This document shows positions 18,332-27,779 of a stretch of 64,000 nt of DNA, one piece after another. Both the position numbers and the translations under genes were made by a program. The stretch comes from Polyangiales bacterium. Its GTDB lineage: Bacteria; Myxococcota_A; Polyangia; Polyangiales; Ga0077539. Location of the stretch: positions 384,001 to 448,000 of the forward strand of contig JBGARZ010000001.1 of the NCBI GenBank assembly GCA_044229975.1. Reading direction: 5' to 3'. Position 1 is the stretch's first letter; the number at the start of each line of letters is the position of its first letter. The notes below the pieces were generated by a model that was not told the origin of the DNA, made no database searches, and saw only the letters and a program-made list of their open reading frames with translations.

Positions 18332-21300
18332 GTGAAGAAGATCCTCGAGCTCTGCCTGAAGTGGCGGGTGCTGGTGCTCGCCTTCGTCGTGCTCGTCACC
18401 TTCGTCGGCGCCGAGAGCATGCGGGCGCTTCCCATCGACGCGGTGCCCGACATCACCAACGTGCAGGTGCAGGTGCTGACGCGGGCGCCGTCGCTCGGGC
18501 CGGTGGACGTCGAGCGGCGCATCACCTTCCCGGTGGAGTCGTCCATGAGCGGCCTGCCGAGGCTGACCGAGGTGCGCAGCGTGTCGCGCTTCGGCCTGTC
18601 GGCGGTGACCGTGGTCTTCGAGGAGGGCACCGACCTGCTGCGTGCGCGACAGCTCATCTCCGAGCGGCTCGTGCAGGCGCGCGAACGTCTCCCCGACGGT
18701 GTGTCACCCGAGCTCGGTCCGTTGAGCACGGGGCTCGGGGAGATCTACCAGTTCGAGGTTCGCAGCGACCGGATGTGCGCCGAGGGCGCGGCCGACACCG
18801 AGGCGTGCCACACCCCGATGGAGCTGCGCTCGACGCTCGACTGGTTCATCGCGTTCCAGTTGAGGTCGGTGCCGGGCGTGGTGGAGGTCAACGCCTTCGG
18901 CGGCGAGCTGAAGACCTACGAGGTCGCGGTGCTACCCGACCGGCTGCGCGCGCTGGGCGTCTCGCTCAACGACCTCTTCCAGGCCATCGAGCGCAACAAC
19001 GCCACCTCCGGCGGCGGGTATCTCCTGCGCGCGGGCGAGCAGCTCCTCGTGCGCGGCGAAGGGCGCATCCAGTCGCTCGACGAGCTCGGCGACGTGCTCA
19101 TCGAGACGCGCGCGGACGGCGTCCCGGTGCGGGTGCGCGACGTGGCGCGGGTGCACCTGGCGCCGATGATCCGGCAGGGCGCGGTGACCCGCGACGGCCG
19201 CGGCGAGGTGGTGACGGGCATCGTGATGATGCTGGTGGACGCCAACGGCCGCGAGGTGGTGGAGAGCGTGAAGGCGCGCATCCGCGAGATCGCCCCGTCG
19301 CTCCCGCCGGGTGTGCGCATCGACACCTTCTACGACCGCGGCGAGCTGGTGCAGCGCACCATCCACACCGTCGCCAAGAACCTCGCCGAAGGGGCACTCT
19401 TCGTCGTCGCGGTGCTCTTCCTGCTGCTGGGCAGCCTGCGCGGCGGGCTCATCGTGGCGGCGGCCATTCCGTTCGCGATGCTGGTGGCCTTCACGGGCAT
19501 GCGGGCGCTCGGCCTGAGCGGCAACCTGATGAGCCTGGGCGCCATCGACTTCGGCATCGTCGTCGACGGGTCGATCATCGTGGTGGAGAGCGCGGTGGTG
19601 CACCTCGCCGCCGCCGCGAAGGGCCAGAAGCGACCGCTCTCGTACCGCGAGGCCGCCGACGTGGTGCTGCGCTCGACGCTCGACGTTCGCCGCGCCGCGC
19701 TCTTCGGCGAGGCCATCATCGTACTGGTGTACGTGCCCATCCTCACCCTCGCGGGTGTCGAGGGGAAGATGTTCAAGCCGATGGCGATCACGGTGCTGTT
19801 CGCGCTGGGGGGTGCCTTCATCGCCTCGCTCACCTTCGTGCCGGTGCTGGTCGCCTCGCTCATGCGCCAGAAGCCCGAGGACCACGAGCCCTTCGTCGTG
19901 CGGCTCATCCACGGGGTCTATCCGCGGCTGCTGTCGGCGGTGATGGGCGCGCCGCGTCTCGTGATCGCGCTGTGCCTCGCGCTGCTCGTGGTGACGGGGC
20001 TGGTGGGTTCGACCATGGGCGCGGAGTTTGTTCCGAGGCTCGACGAGGGCGCGCTGGCCATCCAGGTGATGCGGCTGCCGAGCGTGTCGCTGGAGGAGAG
20101 CGTGCGCGGGGCGACGCGCTTCGAGCGGGTGCTGCGGGAGTTTCCCGAGGTGATCACCGTGGTCACCAAGACGGGGCGCGCGGAGATCGCCACGGACCCG
20201 ATGGGCGTCGAGCTCTCGGACGTCATCGTGGCGCTGCGACCGCCCTCGGAGTGGCGCACCGCCCATACGCGCGAGGCCCTCATCGCCCGCATCTCGGCGC
20301 GGTTGACGGAGGCGCTGCCGGGGATGGGGTTCTCGTTTTCGCAGCCCATCGAGCTGCGGATGGCGGAGCTCATCAGCGGGACGCGCTCCGACGTCGCCAT
20401 CACCGTCTACGGCGACGACCTCGGCACGCTCGAACGCCTCAGCGGGCAGATTCAAGCCGTGGCCCGCGGGGTGCCCGGCGCGACGGACGTGCGCGGCGAG
20501 CAGCTGGAGGGATTGCCGACGCTGGAGGTGACGGTCGATCGCGCGGCGGCGTCACGGTACGGGGTGTCGGTACGCGACGCCCTCGACGCCATCGAGGTGA
20601 TCGGCGGGCGCGGCGTGGGCGAGGTCTACGAGGGCGAGCGGCGCATCCGGTTGCAGGTGCGACTGCCGCAAGCGCTGCGCGATGACATGGACCAGGTGCG
20701 GATGCTGCCGGTGAGCGGGCCGAGCAACACGCTGGTTCCGCTGGGGCAGATCGCGAGCATCCAGGTGGTGGACTCACCCGCGAGCGTGAGCCGGGAGGCC
20801 GTGCGGCGGCGCACCAACGTGGAGGTCAACGTGCGCGGCAGGGACCTCGCGGGCTTCGTGCGCGAGGCGCAGGAGCGGGTGCGCGAGCGGGTCCATCTGC
20901 CACCGGGCTACGTGCTGCGCTGGGGCGGCCAGTACGAGAACCTCGCGGCGGCGTCGGAGCGCCTGGGCTTCGCGGTGCCGCTCGCGCTGGGGCTCATCTT
21001 CGTGCTGCTGTACATGGCCTTCGGGGAGATGAAGACGGCGCTGCTCATCTACCTCAACGTGCCCTTCGCGGCGGTGGGCGGCGTGCTGCTGTTGCGGATG
21101 CGTGGGATGCCGTTCTCCATCAGCGCGGGCGTGGGGTTCATCGCGCTGTTCGGCATCGCGGTGCTCAATGGCGTGGTGCTGCTGACGACGGTGAAGAAGC
21201 TGCGCGCGCAGGGGCGATCGGCACTGGAGGCCGCGCGCAAGGGCGCGGAGAGTCGGCTGCGAGCGGTGGTGATGACGGCGACGGTGGCGGCGCTGGGGTT

Positions 21301-21499
21301 CATCCCGATGGCGCTGTCGTCGAGCGCGGGCGGAGAGGTGCAGCGGCCGCTCGCGACGGTGGTCATCGGGGGGTTGTTGAGCGCGACGTTCCTGACGCTG
21401 TTCGTGCTGCCGACGGTGTACGCGTACCTGTTCCGCGACGACGTGGTGGCGCCGCCCGACGAGGCCGATACGGAGACGGTCGCGCCTGTGGGGTCGTAG
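18332..21499 (+). CDS. czcA: CusA/CzcA heavy-metal efflux RND transporter
   Basis: LPIDAVPDITNVQVQ, NLMSLGAIDFGIVVDG, GVEGKMFKPMA, GGEVQRPLATVVIGG; 1055 aa. Confidence 0.95.
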   Translation: MKKILELCLKWRVLVLAFVVLVTFVGAESMRALPIDAVPDITNVQVQVLTRAPSLGPVDVERRITFPVESSMSGLPRLTEVRSVSRFGLSAVTVVFEEGTDLLRARQLISERLVQARERLPDGVSPELGPLSTGLGEIYQFEVRSDRMCAEGAADTEACHTPMELRSTLDWFIAFQLRSVPGVVEVNAFGGELKTYEVAVLPDRLRALGVSLNDLFQAIERNNATSGGGYLLRAGEQLLVRGEGRIQSLDELGDVLIETRADGVPVRVRDVARVHLAPMIRQGAVTRDGRGEVVTGIVMMLVDANGREVVESVKARIREIAPSLPPGVRIDTFYDRGELVQRTIHTVAKNLAEGALFVVAVLFLLLGSLRGGLIVAAAIPFAMLVAFTGMRALGLSGNLMSLGAIDFGIVVDGSIIVVESAVVHLAAAAKGQKRPLSYREAADVVLRSTLDVRRAALFGEAIIVLVYVPILTLAGVEGKMFKPMAITVLFALGGAFIASLTFVPVLVASLMRQKPEDHEPFVVRLIHGVYPRLLSAVMGAPRLVIALCLALLVVTGLVGSTMGAEFVPRLDEGALAIQVMRLPSVSLEESVRGATRFERVLREFPEVITVVTKTGRAEIATDPMGVELSDVIVALRPPSEWRTAHTREALIARISARLTEALPGMGFSFSQPIELRMAELISGTRSDVAITVYGDDLGTLERLSGQIQAVARGVPGATDVRGEQLEGLPTLEVTVDRAAASRYGVSVRDALDAIEVIGGRGVGEVYEGERRIRLQVRLPQALRDDMDQVRMLPVSGPSNTLVPLGQIASIQVVDSPASVSREAVRRRTNVEVNVRGRDLAGFVREAQERVRERVHLPPGYVLRWGGQYENLAAASERLGFAVPLALGLIFVLLYMAFGEMKTALLIYLNVPFAAVGGVLLLRMRGMPFSISAGVGFIALFGIAVLNGVVLLTTVKKLRAQGRSALEAARKGAESRLRAVVMTATVAALGFIPMALSSSAGGEVQRPLATVVIGGLLSATFLTLFVLPTVYAYLFRDDVVAPPDEADTETVAPVGS

Positions 21500-21504
21500 G
21501 ACGA

Positions 21505-21798
21505 CGCGCACCGGTCAGGCCCGCAGTACATGGCGCCAACGCTGCGGCGTCAGCGCGGCGCGCACCGGTCAGGCCCGCAGTCACCAGCGCCCACGCCGCA
21601 GCGTCAGCGCGGCGCGCACCGGTCAGGCCCGCAGTCACCGGCGCCCACGCCGCAGCGTTAGCGCGGCGCGCACCGGTCAGCTCCGCAGTCACCGGGGACC
21701 ACGCCGCAGCGTCAGCGCGGCGCGCACCGGTCAGGCCCGCAGTCACCAGCGCCCACGCCGCAGCGTCAGCGCGGCGCGCATCCGCTACGTTCGCAGTC
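21505..21798 (+). repeat. Tandem array of 54-bp units (left arm of a large palindrome)
   Basis: Unit cgcaccggtcaggcccgcagtcacc(a/g)gcgcccacgccgcagcgtcagcgcggcg starts at 21507, 21561, 21615, 21669, 21723; partial variant at 21777. Confidence 0.95.
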
Positions 21799-21840
21799 GA
21801 GATCCGACAGCCCCACGAGACCGAGAATGAGTTGTTCGGA

Positions 21841-22130
21841 CGGTGACTGCGGGCGTAGCGGATACGCGCCGCGCTAACGCGCTGCGGCGTGGGCCCCGGT
21901 GACTGCGGGCGTAGCGGATACGCGCCGCGCTAACGCTGCGGCGTGGGCCCCGGTGACTGCGGGCCTGACCGGTGCGCGCCGCGCTGACGCTGCGGCGTGG
22001 GCCCCGGTGACTGCGGGCCTGACCGGTGCGCGCCGCGCTGACGCTGCGGCGTGGGCCCCGGTGACTGCGGGCCTGACCGGTGCGCGCCGCGCCAACGCCG
22101 CAGCGTGGGTCCTATGTACTGCGGGCCTGA
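21841..22130 (-). repeat. Tandem array of the same 54-bp unit in inverted orientation (right arm)
   Basis: ggtgactgcgggcctgaccggtgcgcgccgcgctgacgctgcggcgtgggcccc repeated ~5 times = reverse complement of the left-arm unit. Confidence 0.95.
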
Positions 22131-22618
22131 ACCGCGGACGGCGCCTGCTCTCGGAGATCCGTCCCGATGAGCGCGCGTATCGCCCGCGCCGCCCCCTCAG
22201 CGGTCTCCGGGCTCGCCACGCCGAAGGACACCGCCTCGCCACCGCGCAGCGTGAGCGTCACCGCGTCCAACGTGACGCCGTCGTTCGCCACCACCCGACC
22301 GTGCTGCGCGTCCGCGATGTCCCCGAGCGCCACCACGCGCTCGCCCCGTCGATGGGTGATGCGCAGCGTCCGCGCGCCCGCGTCCGCCGTCACGCGCGTC
22401 GTCGCCAGCGGACCACGTCCTCCCAATAGCGATTGCACCGCCACCACCGCGAGGCCGATGGCGACCGCCGCCACGAGCCACCGGGGGCTCGGCAGCGCGC
22501 GCGCCGTCACCCACAGCGCCAGCGCCACAAACAGAACTCCCCCCACGACGATCGCCCACCGTCGCGGCGGCGGCGCGGGGTGCTCGTAGACGATCTCCGC
22601 GGCCTCGGGCTCGCTCAC
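22112..22618 (-). CDS. Hypothetical membrane protein (2 TM + small soluble domain)
   Basis: GTG start MSEPEAAEIVYEH; two hydrophobic stretches; host-like codon usage; stop lies in the repeat arm. Confidence 0.55.
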   Translation of the reverse strand: MSEPEAAEIVYEHPAPPPRRWAIVVGGVLFVALALWVTARALPSPRWLVAAVAIGLAVVAVQSLLGGRGPLATTRVTADAGARTLRITHRRGERVVALGDIADAQHGRVVANDGVTLDAVTLTLRGGEAVSFGVASPETAEGAARAIRALIGTDLREQAPSAVQARST

Positions 22619-22830
22619 CGTCGCGACGCTACCACGGCGCCCACGCCCGGGACTCGGAGCGGGAGACGACGGGGACCGACGTTCGTAAGAACGCCGGACT
22701 ACGATGGTTCTGCGAGCGTGCGCGGGTGGAGGAACCAGCGCCGCGACGGCCCCCGGAGCTGGCGGGGTCTGGGTCGACCCAGGCCCCATTGGTCAGGTGC
22801 AACGTTTCTGCGGTTCCGTATGATCCCGGT

Positions 22831-23732
22831 ATGAAGCTCCGCCTCGCGTGGTGGAATACGGGGCTGGCGGGAAAAAAGCCGTCCGTCAGACAGATTTCAG
22901 ACACTGCGAAGGTGATCCGAGCGCTGATGCGGGAGGAGAGCTGCGCGGTAGTCGGCCTCTGCGAGGTCCGACCGAGCGTGTTGGAGCCGCTGTTGAAGGA
23001 GGTCCTTCAGTTTCCGTACGCGACATGGAGGCCCAACGCGCCACAACCCGACCTCCCACGACCGCACGATCTCCTCGTGCTCTTTGATCCGCGCATCGTC
23101 AGCGTGACCACTCGCGAGCCCGTGTTCGCCGAGGTGGCAGATCATCGTGTCTACGCGGGGCTCGTCTTCGACCTCGGGCTGCCGCAGGATCAGTCGATGA
23201 GGCTGGCTCTCTGCCATTGGCCTGCAGAGCTTGGCAATCACCGCCACGCCGAAAAGCTCCGGAACGCTTCCGCCTTCACGATGAAGTCCGCCCTCGCCTC
23301 AGCGGGGACGCTGCACGACTCGATAGTGCTGGGCGATTTCAACGCCGAGCCCTTCTCCGAGGCGATGGAATCGATGGGCGGTAATCGTGACCTGGAGCAG
23401 GTGCGCAAACGCAGGGGCCTCCTCTACAACGCCGGATGGCGGTGGCTGGGTTCGCGACGTCCGTTCGACGGCCGGGACCTGACCTGCTCGCCGCCGGGGA
23501 CCTACCTGATGAGGAGTGGCGGGAGAGAGAGAGTGCATGGCGCACGTTCGACCAAGTTCTCGTCTCAAGGGCGGCCCTGCTGGGGGTCGGTTGGACCCTT
23601 CGCGAAGACGAGACCGCGCCCTGGCACGGGGATGAGCTGAGAGGTTCTCGTGGTGGCTTCCTCCGCAAGCCCCTCGATCACCTGCCCCTCGTCGTGACGC
23701 TGGAGTACATTTCCCCTGTCGCTACGGAATGA
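22831..23732 (+). pseudogene. Endonuclease/exonuclease/phosphatase (EEP) family protein, frameshifted at a (GA)5 tract
   Basis: LAWWNTGL, VGLCEV, LCHWP, VLGDFNAEPF in the 22831 frame; FDQVLVS and DHLPLV in the 23436 frame; frames switch at gggagagagagagt (23521-23534). Confidence 0.8.
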
Positions 23733-24187
23733 GAGGCACGCACATGGGTGAGAAGTTCCTGGACGCGGTGAAGAAGGGTCAGCGCGCGGCGCTCGCAGCG
23801 GAGAAGAAGGTCGGCGAGATCCGGGCCGTCATCGCGGACCTGGACTCACAGGTTCGGCAACTCTCCGATGGAGTAGTGGGCGTCGCAGAGAGTCCTCGTC
23901 CCGCGACTCCGAAGAAATTCGTGCCCAATCTGACCAAGGGATTCGAGCCGCCACCTCGGCGCTACAACGCGCTGGTCTTCAAGAGGGGGGACGAGGAACG
24001 GGAGTTCTGTGAGTTCGAGCCAGGACCGGCTGGCTATCCGGTCGAGATCCGTTTCGACGGTGGGTTCATGCTGGCGTCGGCGCGCGTCGAACTCGTCGCA
24101 GCGCTTAAGGACGTCCTCGCCACCCCACAGGCCGGTCGTGCCCTCAACGCCCTGATCGATCCGGCGCGCGCTCGCAAGGCGGGCTGA
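23729..24187 (+). CDS. Hypothetical protein translationally coupled to the EEP nuclease
   Basis: ATGA overlap with EEP stop (alternative ATG at 23744); 152 aa; same lower-GC composition. Confidence 0.7.
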   Translation: MRGTHMGEKFLDAVKKGQRAALAAEKKVGEIRAVIADLDSQVRQLSDGVVGVAESPRPATPKKFVPNLTKGFEPPPRRYNALVFKRGDEEREFCEFEPGPAGYPVEIRFDGGFMLASARVELVAALKDVLATPQAGRALNALIDPARARKAG

Positions 24188-24525
24188 ACCGCAGCACTGC
24201 GGTGGTGCATGGCCTCGGCGACGTCGACCTCGCGGCGTGCGCCGACATCGACGACGCGTTCGCGGCGCTCACCGCCGCACCGTAGCGGTCACCCTCGGCC
24301 AGACTTCGGTCAACCCGAGCGGAGGCAATGCCCGCGAGGGTGCCCCGTCGGATCGCTTGGCGCGCGGGCAGAAGTGCCTGCCGGGGCGGGCGGAAGGCCC
24401 ACCGCGGGCGCTCGAGGGGCATCGGCGATGCCCTTGCGGGGTTGCGGTGCGCTTCTCGGACCTTGCCGACGCGTCCGGCAAGCTCCCGGGGCGTCCGACA
24501 GGGCTTGCGGGCGGCGACGGAGGCG

Positions 24526-25260
24526 TCAGGGCTGGGCGGTGGTGGCCTTGCGGGCGGCGCGGCGGGCGAGCCCGAGGAGGATCAGGTGATCGCGGCGGCG
24601 GATGATGGCGCGGGCGACCTCTGACCACTCCTTCCACCACCCGTGGAGGGCGACGAGGGCGGCGGCGCGGGCTCCGTCGGTGGCGGGCGCCGCATCGGTG
24701 GCGGTCGGCGCGGCGGGCGATGCCTGGGCCTTCTTTACGAGGGCGCGGAGTTCGGCGAGGCGCTCGGGGCCGTAGCCGCGCTGGGCGACGAGGTCGAGGG
24801 CCTTGCGGTCTTCGACGCGGGTGGCGGAGCGCGAAGGTGAGCTGGCGAGCGCGTCGAGGCGGTCGAGGAGCGTCGCGACGACGATGACGGCGCCCGCGCC
24901 CTGGGTGGCCTGGACGCCGTCGAGGACGAAGTCGGCCTGCTTGGGGAAGCGCCGCCCGAGCGACGCGCGGAGGATGCGGACGAGCGGCTCGTCGACGGCG
25001 TCGACCTGGATGATGGCGGCGCGCACGGACTCGTCGAGCGAAGCAACGAGCGCGGCGCCGGGCGTGTTGGTCTGCGGGGAGAAACCGGCGGCGTCGTGGA
25101 GGAGGCGCCAGCCCTCGCGGTGGTCGTCGTCGGTGTAGCCGCGAGCGGCGAGGGTCGCGCGAATCGCGAGGTGGGTGCCCAGGGTCTTGAGCAGATTGAT
25201 GGCGCGGGTGGGCGCCTCGTCGAGGACCTGACGGCTCGGTGCGGTGTCGGATGTGGTCAT
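24526..25260 (-). CDS. Hypothetical helical protein
   Basis: 244 aa with strong GC3 bias; GGAGG RBS upstream; no recognised motif. Confidence 0.7.
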   Translation of the reverse strand: MTTSDTAPSRQVLDEAPTRAINLLKTLGTHLAIRATLAARGYTDDDHREGWRLLHDAAGFSPQTNTPGAALVASLDESVRAAIIQVDAVDEPLVRILRASLGRRFPKQADFVLDGVQATQGAGAVIVVATLLDRLDALASSPSRSATRVEDRKALDLVAQRGYGPERLAELRALVKKAQASPAAPTATDAAPATDGARAAALVALHGWWKEWSEVARAIIRRRDHLILLGLARRAARKATTAQP

Positions 25261-25535
25261 GGGGGTTCCCTCCGGGCGCGGTGATGAGAAAGAGGCCGCG
25301 ACGATAGGGAGAGTCAGCGAGGGCAGAGGGGCGGGGCAAGCGAAACCAGTCGGGCGACCGTGGGTCGACGGAGAGGACGCCGCGCTTCCCTTCGGGCCGA
25401 CGACCGCAAACGGGGGTGGGTGCCTCTACCGGAGCGGACGCCGAACTCCGACCCCATCGCCCACTCCAAACCCCGCCCCTCCGCCCGCGGCTTGACACCC
25501 CCGGTCGCGATGGGCTCCAACGCGCCCTTCCCCCG

Positions 25536-27779
25536 ATGGACGCCACCCGCGCACAATCCACGTCAGCCGCCGCGAGCGAGCGCGTGCCCTGCGCGTCGTG
25601 TGGAGCCCCGGTCGACGTCCTGCGCGCCCCCTACGTCGCGGTCATCAACGAGCGCTACCGCTTCTACTGCTCGAAGAGCTGCCGCGAGCGCGATCGCCCC
25701 GCTGCCCCGGTGCCCGCGCGCGACGAGCGGCCCACCCTCACGGCGCGGCCGAGCCTCCTCGACGCGACCGACATGCTCGGCCTCGCGCGCGCCTCGCTCC
25801 CGTCGGCGGCCCTGCTCCCCGCGGCACCCCCGGTCGACCCGCGCGCCGCGGAGCTCGCGCGCGCCTCGCTCGCCCGGCCCGACCCGCCCGACCCGGTGAC
25901 GCCCGCCCTCGCCGTCGGCGCCGCGGTGTTTGGTGCGCTCGTCGGATCGCTCGACTCCCTCCCCCACCTCGCCCAGCTCGCGCTCGTCGCCGTGGCCGCG
26001 CTCGTGGGACTCGTTGTGGCCGGTCGTGAGGTGCTCCACGCGCCGCGCGACGGTGACCTCCTCGGCGGCGTGGTCGGTTGGGCGGGCGCGCTCCTCGCGA
26101 TGGGCGGCGCGCTGCGGGCGACGGGCGCGGGCTCCGTCGGCGCGGTGCGGGACGCCGCCGTGCTCGCCGCCATCGGGCCGCTCACGGCGTGGGCCGCGCG
26201 CATGCGACGCGCGGCGGGTCAGTCGCGGATGGAGGTGTTTCGCGACGCGCTCCCGGCCGACGCGCGGGTGGTGCGGCGCGGCAGCGAGGGGCTCTCGCTC
26301 GACCCGCCCACGGAGACCGTGGAGACGGCGTCGCTGCGCGCGGGCATGGAGGTCATCGTGGGGGCCGGAGCGGTCGTCCCGGTGGACGGCGTGACGCGCG
26401 CGGGCGAGGCCGAGGTGCGGCTCTGGCCCGGCGCGAGGGACACCCGACCGCGGGTCGCGGGCGACGCCGTGCTGGCGGGCGCGCGGGTGGTGCGCGGGAC
26501 GCTCCGGGTGCTGGCCACGCGGGCCGGCGACGCGGTCGCGTGGGCGCGGCTCGCGCGATGGATGACGGCGCCGCGAGAGGGTCCGCACACGGTGAAGCTC
26601 GCGCGGCGGCTGGTGCTGCTGGCTCCCGCGGGCGTGGCGGCGATGGCGCTCGCGATGGCGGTGCTGCACGTCGTGGTGCTGGGCGGCGACCCGGCGCGCG
26701 CGGCGGGCTGCGTGCTGGCGCTCGCGCCGTTGGTGCGCATGGTGACTGCCGTGCAAGCGCCCTTCGTCGAGGCGCTGGTCGAGGCCGCGCGGCGCGGGAT
26801 CGTGTTCCGCGATGCAGCGAGCGTGGAGGAGGCGGCGCGCGTGGGGACGGTAGCGTTCTGCTTCCGCGGGACGATCACCGTGGGCAGGCCCGAGCTCACC
26901 GAGGTGGTGTCGCTCGGATCGCGCAGCGAGCGCGAGGTGCTGGCCCTCGCGGCGGCCGCGGAGGAGGCCGCGCGCGAAGACCCGCTGGCGACCGCGGTGC
27001 TGCGCGGCGCGATGGCGCGCGGACTGCGGCTGGAGGGCGTTCGCCGACCGATGGTGCTGCCGGGCCTCGGCGTGACGGCCGTGAGCGCGTCGGGCGAGGC
27101 CGTGGTGGTGGGGCAACGGCGATTGCTACTGGCCGAGGGCGTGAGCGTGGCCCCCGCAGAGGACGTGTTGCTGGGCATCGAGGGCGCGGGACGCACCGCG
27201 CTCCTGGTGGCCATCGACGGTCGCGTGGAGGGCGTGCTGGGCATCGACGATCCGGTGCGCGACGAGGCGCGCTCGGCGGTGCAGGCGCTCATCGACGCGG
27301 GCTTCGAGGTCGCCCTCCTCGCGGGCACCGCGCGCGGAACCATCGAGTCCATCGGCGCCCTCCTCGACGTGAGCAACCTGCGCCCCGAAGTGAGCCCCGA
27401 CGAGCGGCCCGCGGTGGTGCGAGCCCTCTCCGAAGTGGGGCGCGGCGTGGCGGTGGTGGGTCGTCCGCGGTGGGACGGCTCGTCGCTCGCGGCGGCGGAC
27501 GTGGGCATCCAGGTGGAGGCCGCGGGCGGGGTCGGCGGCGAGACGGCGCTGGCGTTGGCCTCGGACGACCTGCGCGACGCGGCGGCGGCGCTCACCGAGG
27601 CGCGGCGGGCGCGCGACCGGGCGACGGCGGTGCTCGCCATGGGCGTGACCGGGACGGTGCTGGGCGTCTTCGTGGCGGCGGCCCTCCCGAGCTGGGGCGT
27701 GTTGGCGGTGGTGGCGGCGACGGTGGCGACGCTCGGGGGCGAGGCGATGGTGCTGCGCGCCCGGATGGGAGGCGCGTGA
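25536..27779 (+). CDS. P1B-type ATPase homologue with N-terminal YHS/TRASH-like domain; catalytic motifs degenerate
   Basis: CASCGAPVD...RFYCSKSC; GAVVPVDG; AARRGIVFRD; CFRGTIT in place of DKTGT; DPVRDEA; SLAAADVGI. Confidence 0.8.
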   Translation: MDATRAQSTSAAASERVPCASCGAPVDVLRAPYVAVINERYRFYCSKSCRERDRPAAPVPARDERPTLTARPSLLDATDMLGLARASLPSAALLPAAPPVDPRAAELARASLARPDPPDPVTPALAVGAAVFGALVGSLDSLPHLAQLALVAVAALVGLVVAGREVLHAPRDGDLLGGVVGWAGALLAMGGALRATGAGSVGAVRDAAVLAAIGPLTAWAARMRRAAGQSRMEVFRDALPADARVVRRGSEGLSLDPPTETVETASLRAGMEVIVGAGAVVPVDGVTRAGEAEVRLWPGARDTRPRVAGDAVLAGARVVRGTLRVLATRAGDAVAWARLARWMTAPREGPHTVKLARRLVLLAPAGVAAMALAMAVLHVVVLGGDPARAAGCVLALAPLVRMVTAVQAPFVEALVEAARRGIVFRDAASVEEAARVGTVAFCFRGTITVGRPELTEVVSLGSRSEREVLALAAAAEEAAREDPLATAVLRGAMARGLRLEGVRRPMVLPGLGVTAVSASGEAVVVGQRRLLLAEGVSVAPAEDVLLGIEGAGRTALLVAIDGRVEGVLGIDDPVRDEARSAVQALIDAGFEVALLAGTARGTIESIGALLDVSNLRPEVSPDERPAVVRALSEVGRGVAVVGRPRWDGSSLAAADVGIQVEAAGGVGGETALALASDDLRDAAAALTEARRARDRATAVLAMGVTGTVLGVFVAAALPSWGVLAVVAATVATLGGEAMVLRARMGGA

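Noticed and set aside
21505..22130. CRISPR array
   Set aside because: Units are contiguous with no unique spacers, arranged as inverted arms, and no cas genes are visible
21363..22429. ORFs with VTAGLTGARRADAAAWAP repeats
   Set aside because: Translations of the 54-bp DNA repeat; they appear on both strands because of the palindrome
24184..24285. Short frame RSTAVVHGLGDVDLAACADIDDAFAALTAAP, possibly a HEPN-like gene remnant
   Set aside because: Too short, no start or RBS; the resemblance could be chance
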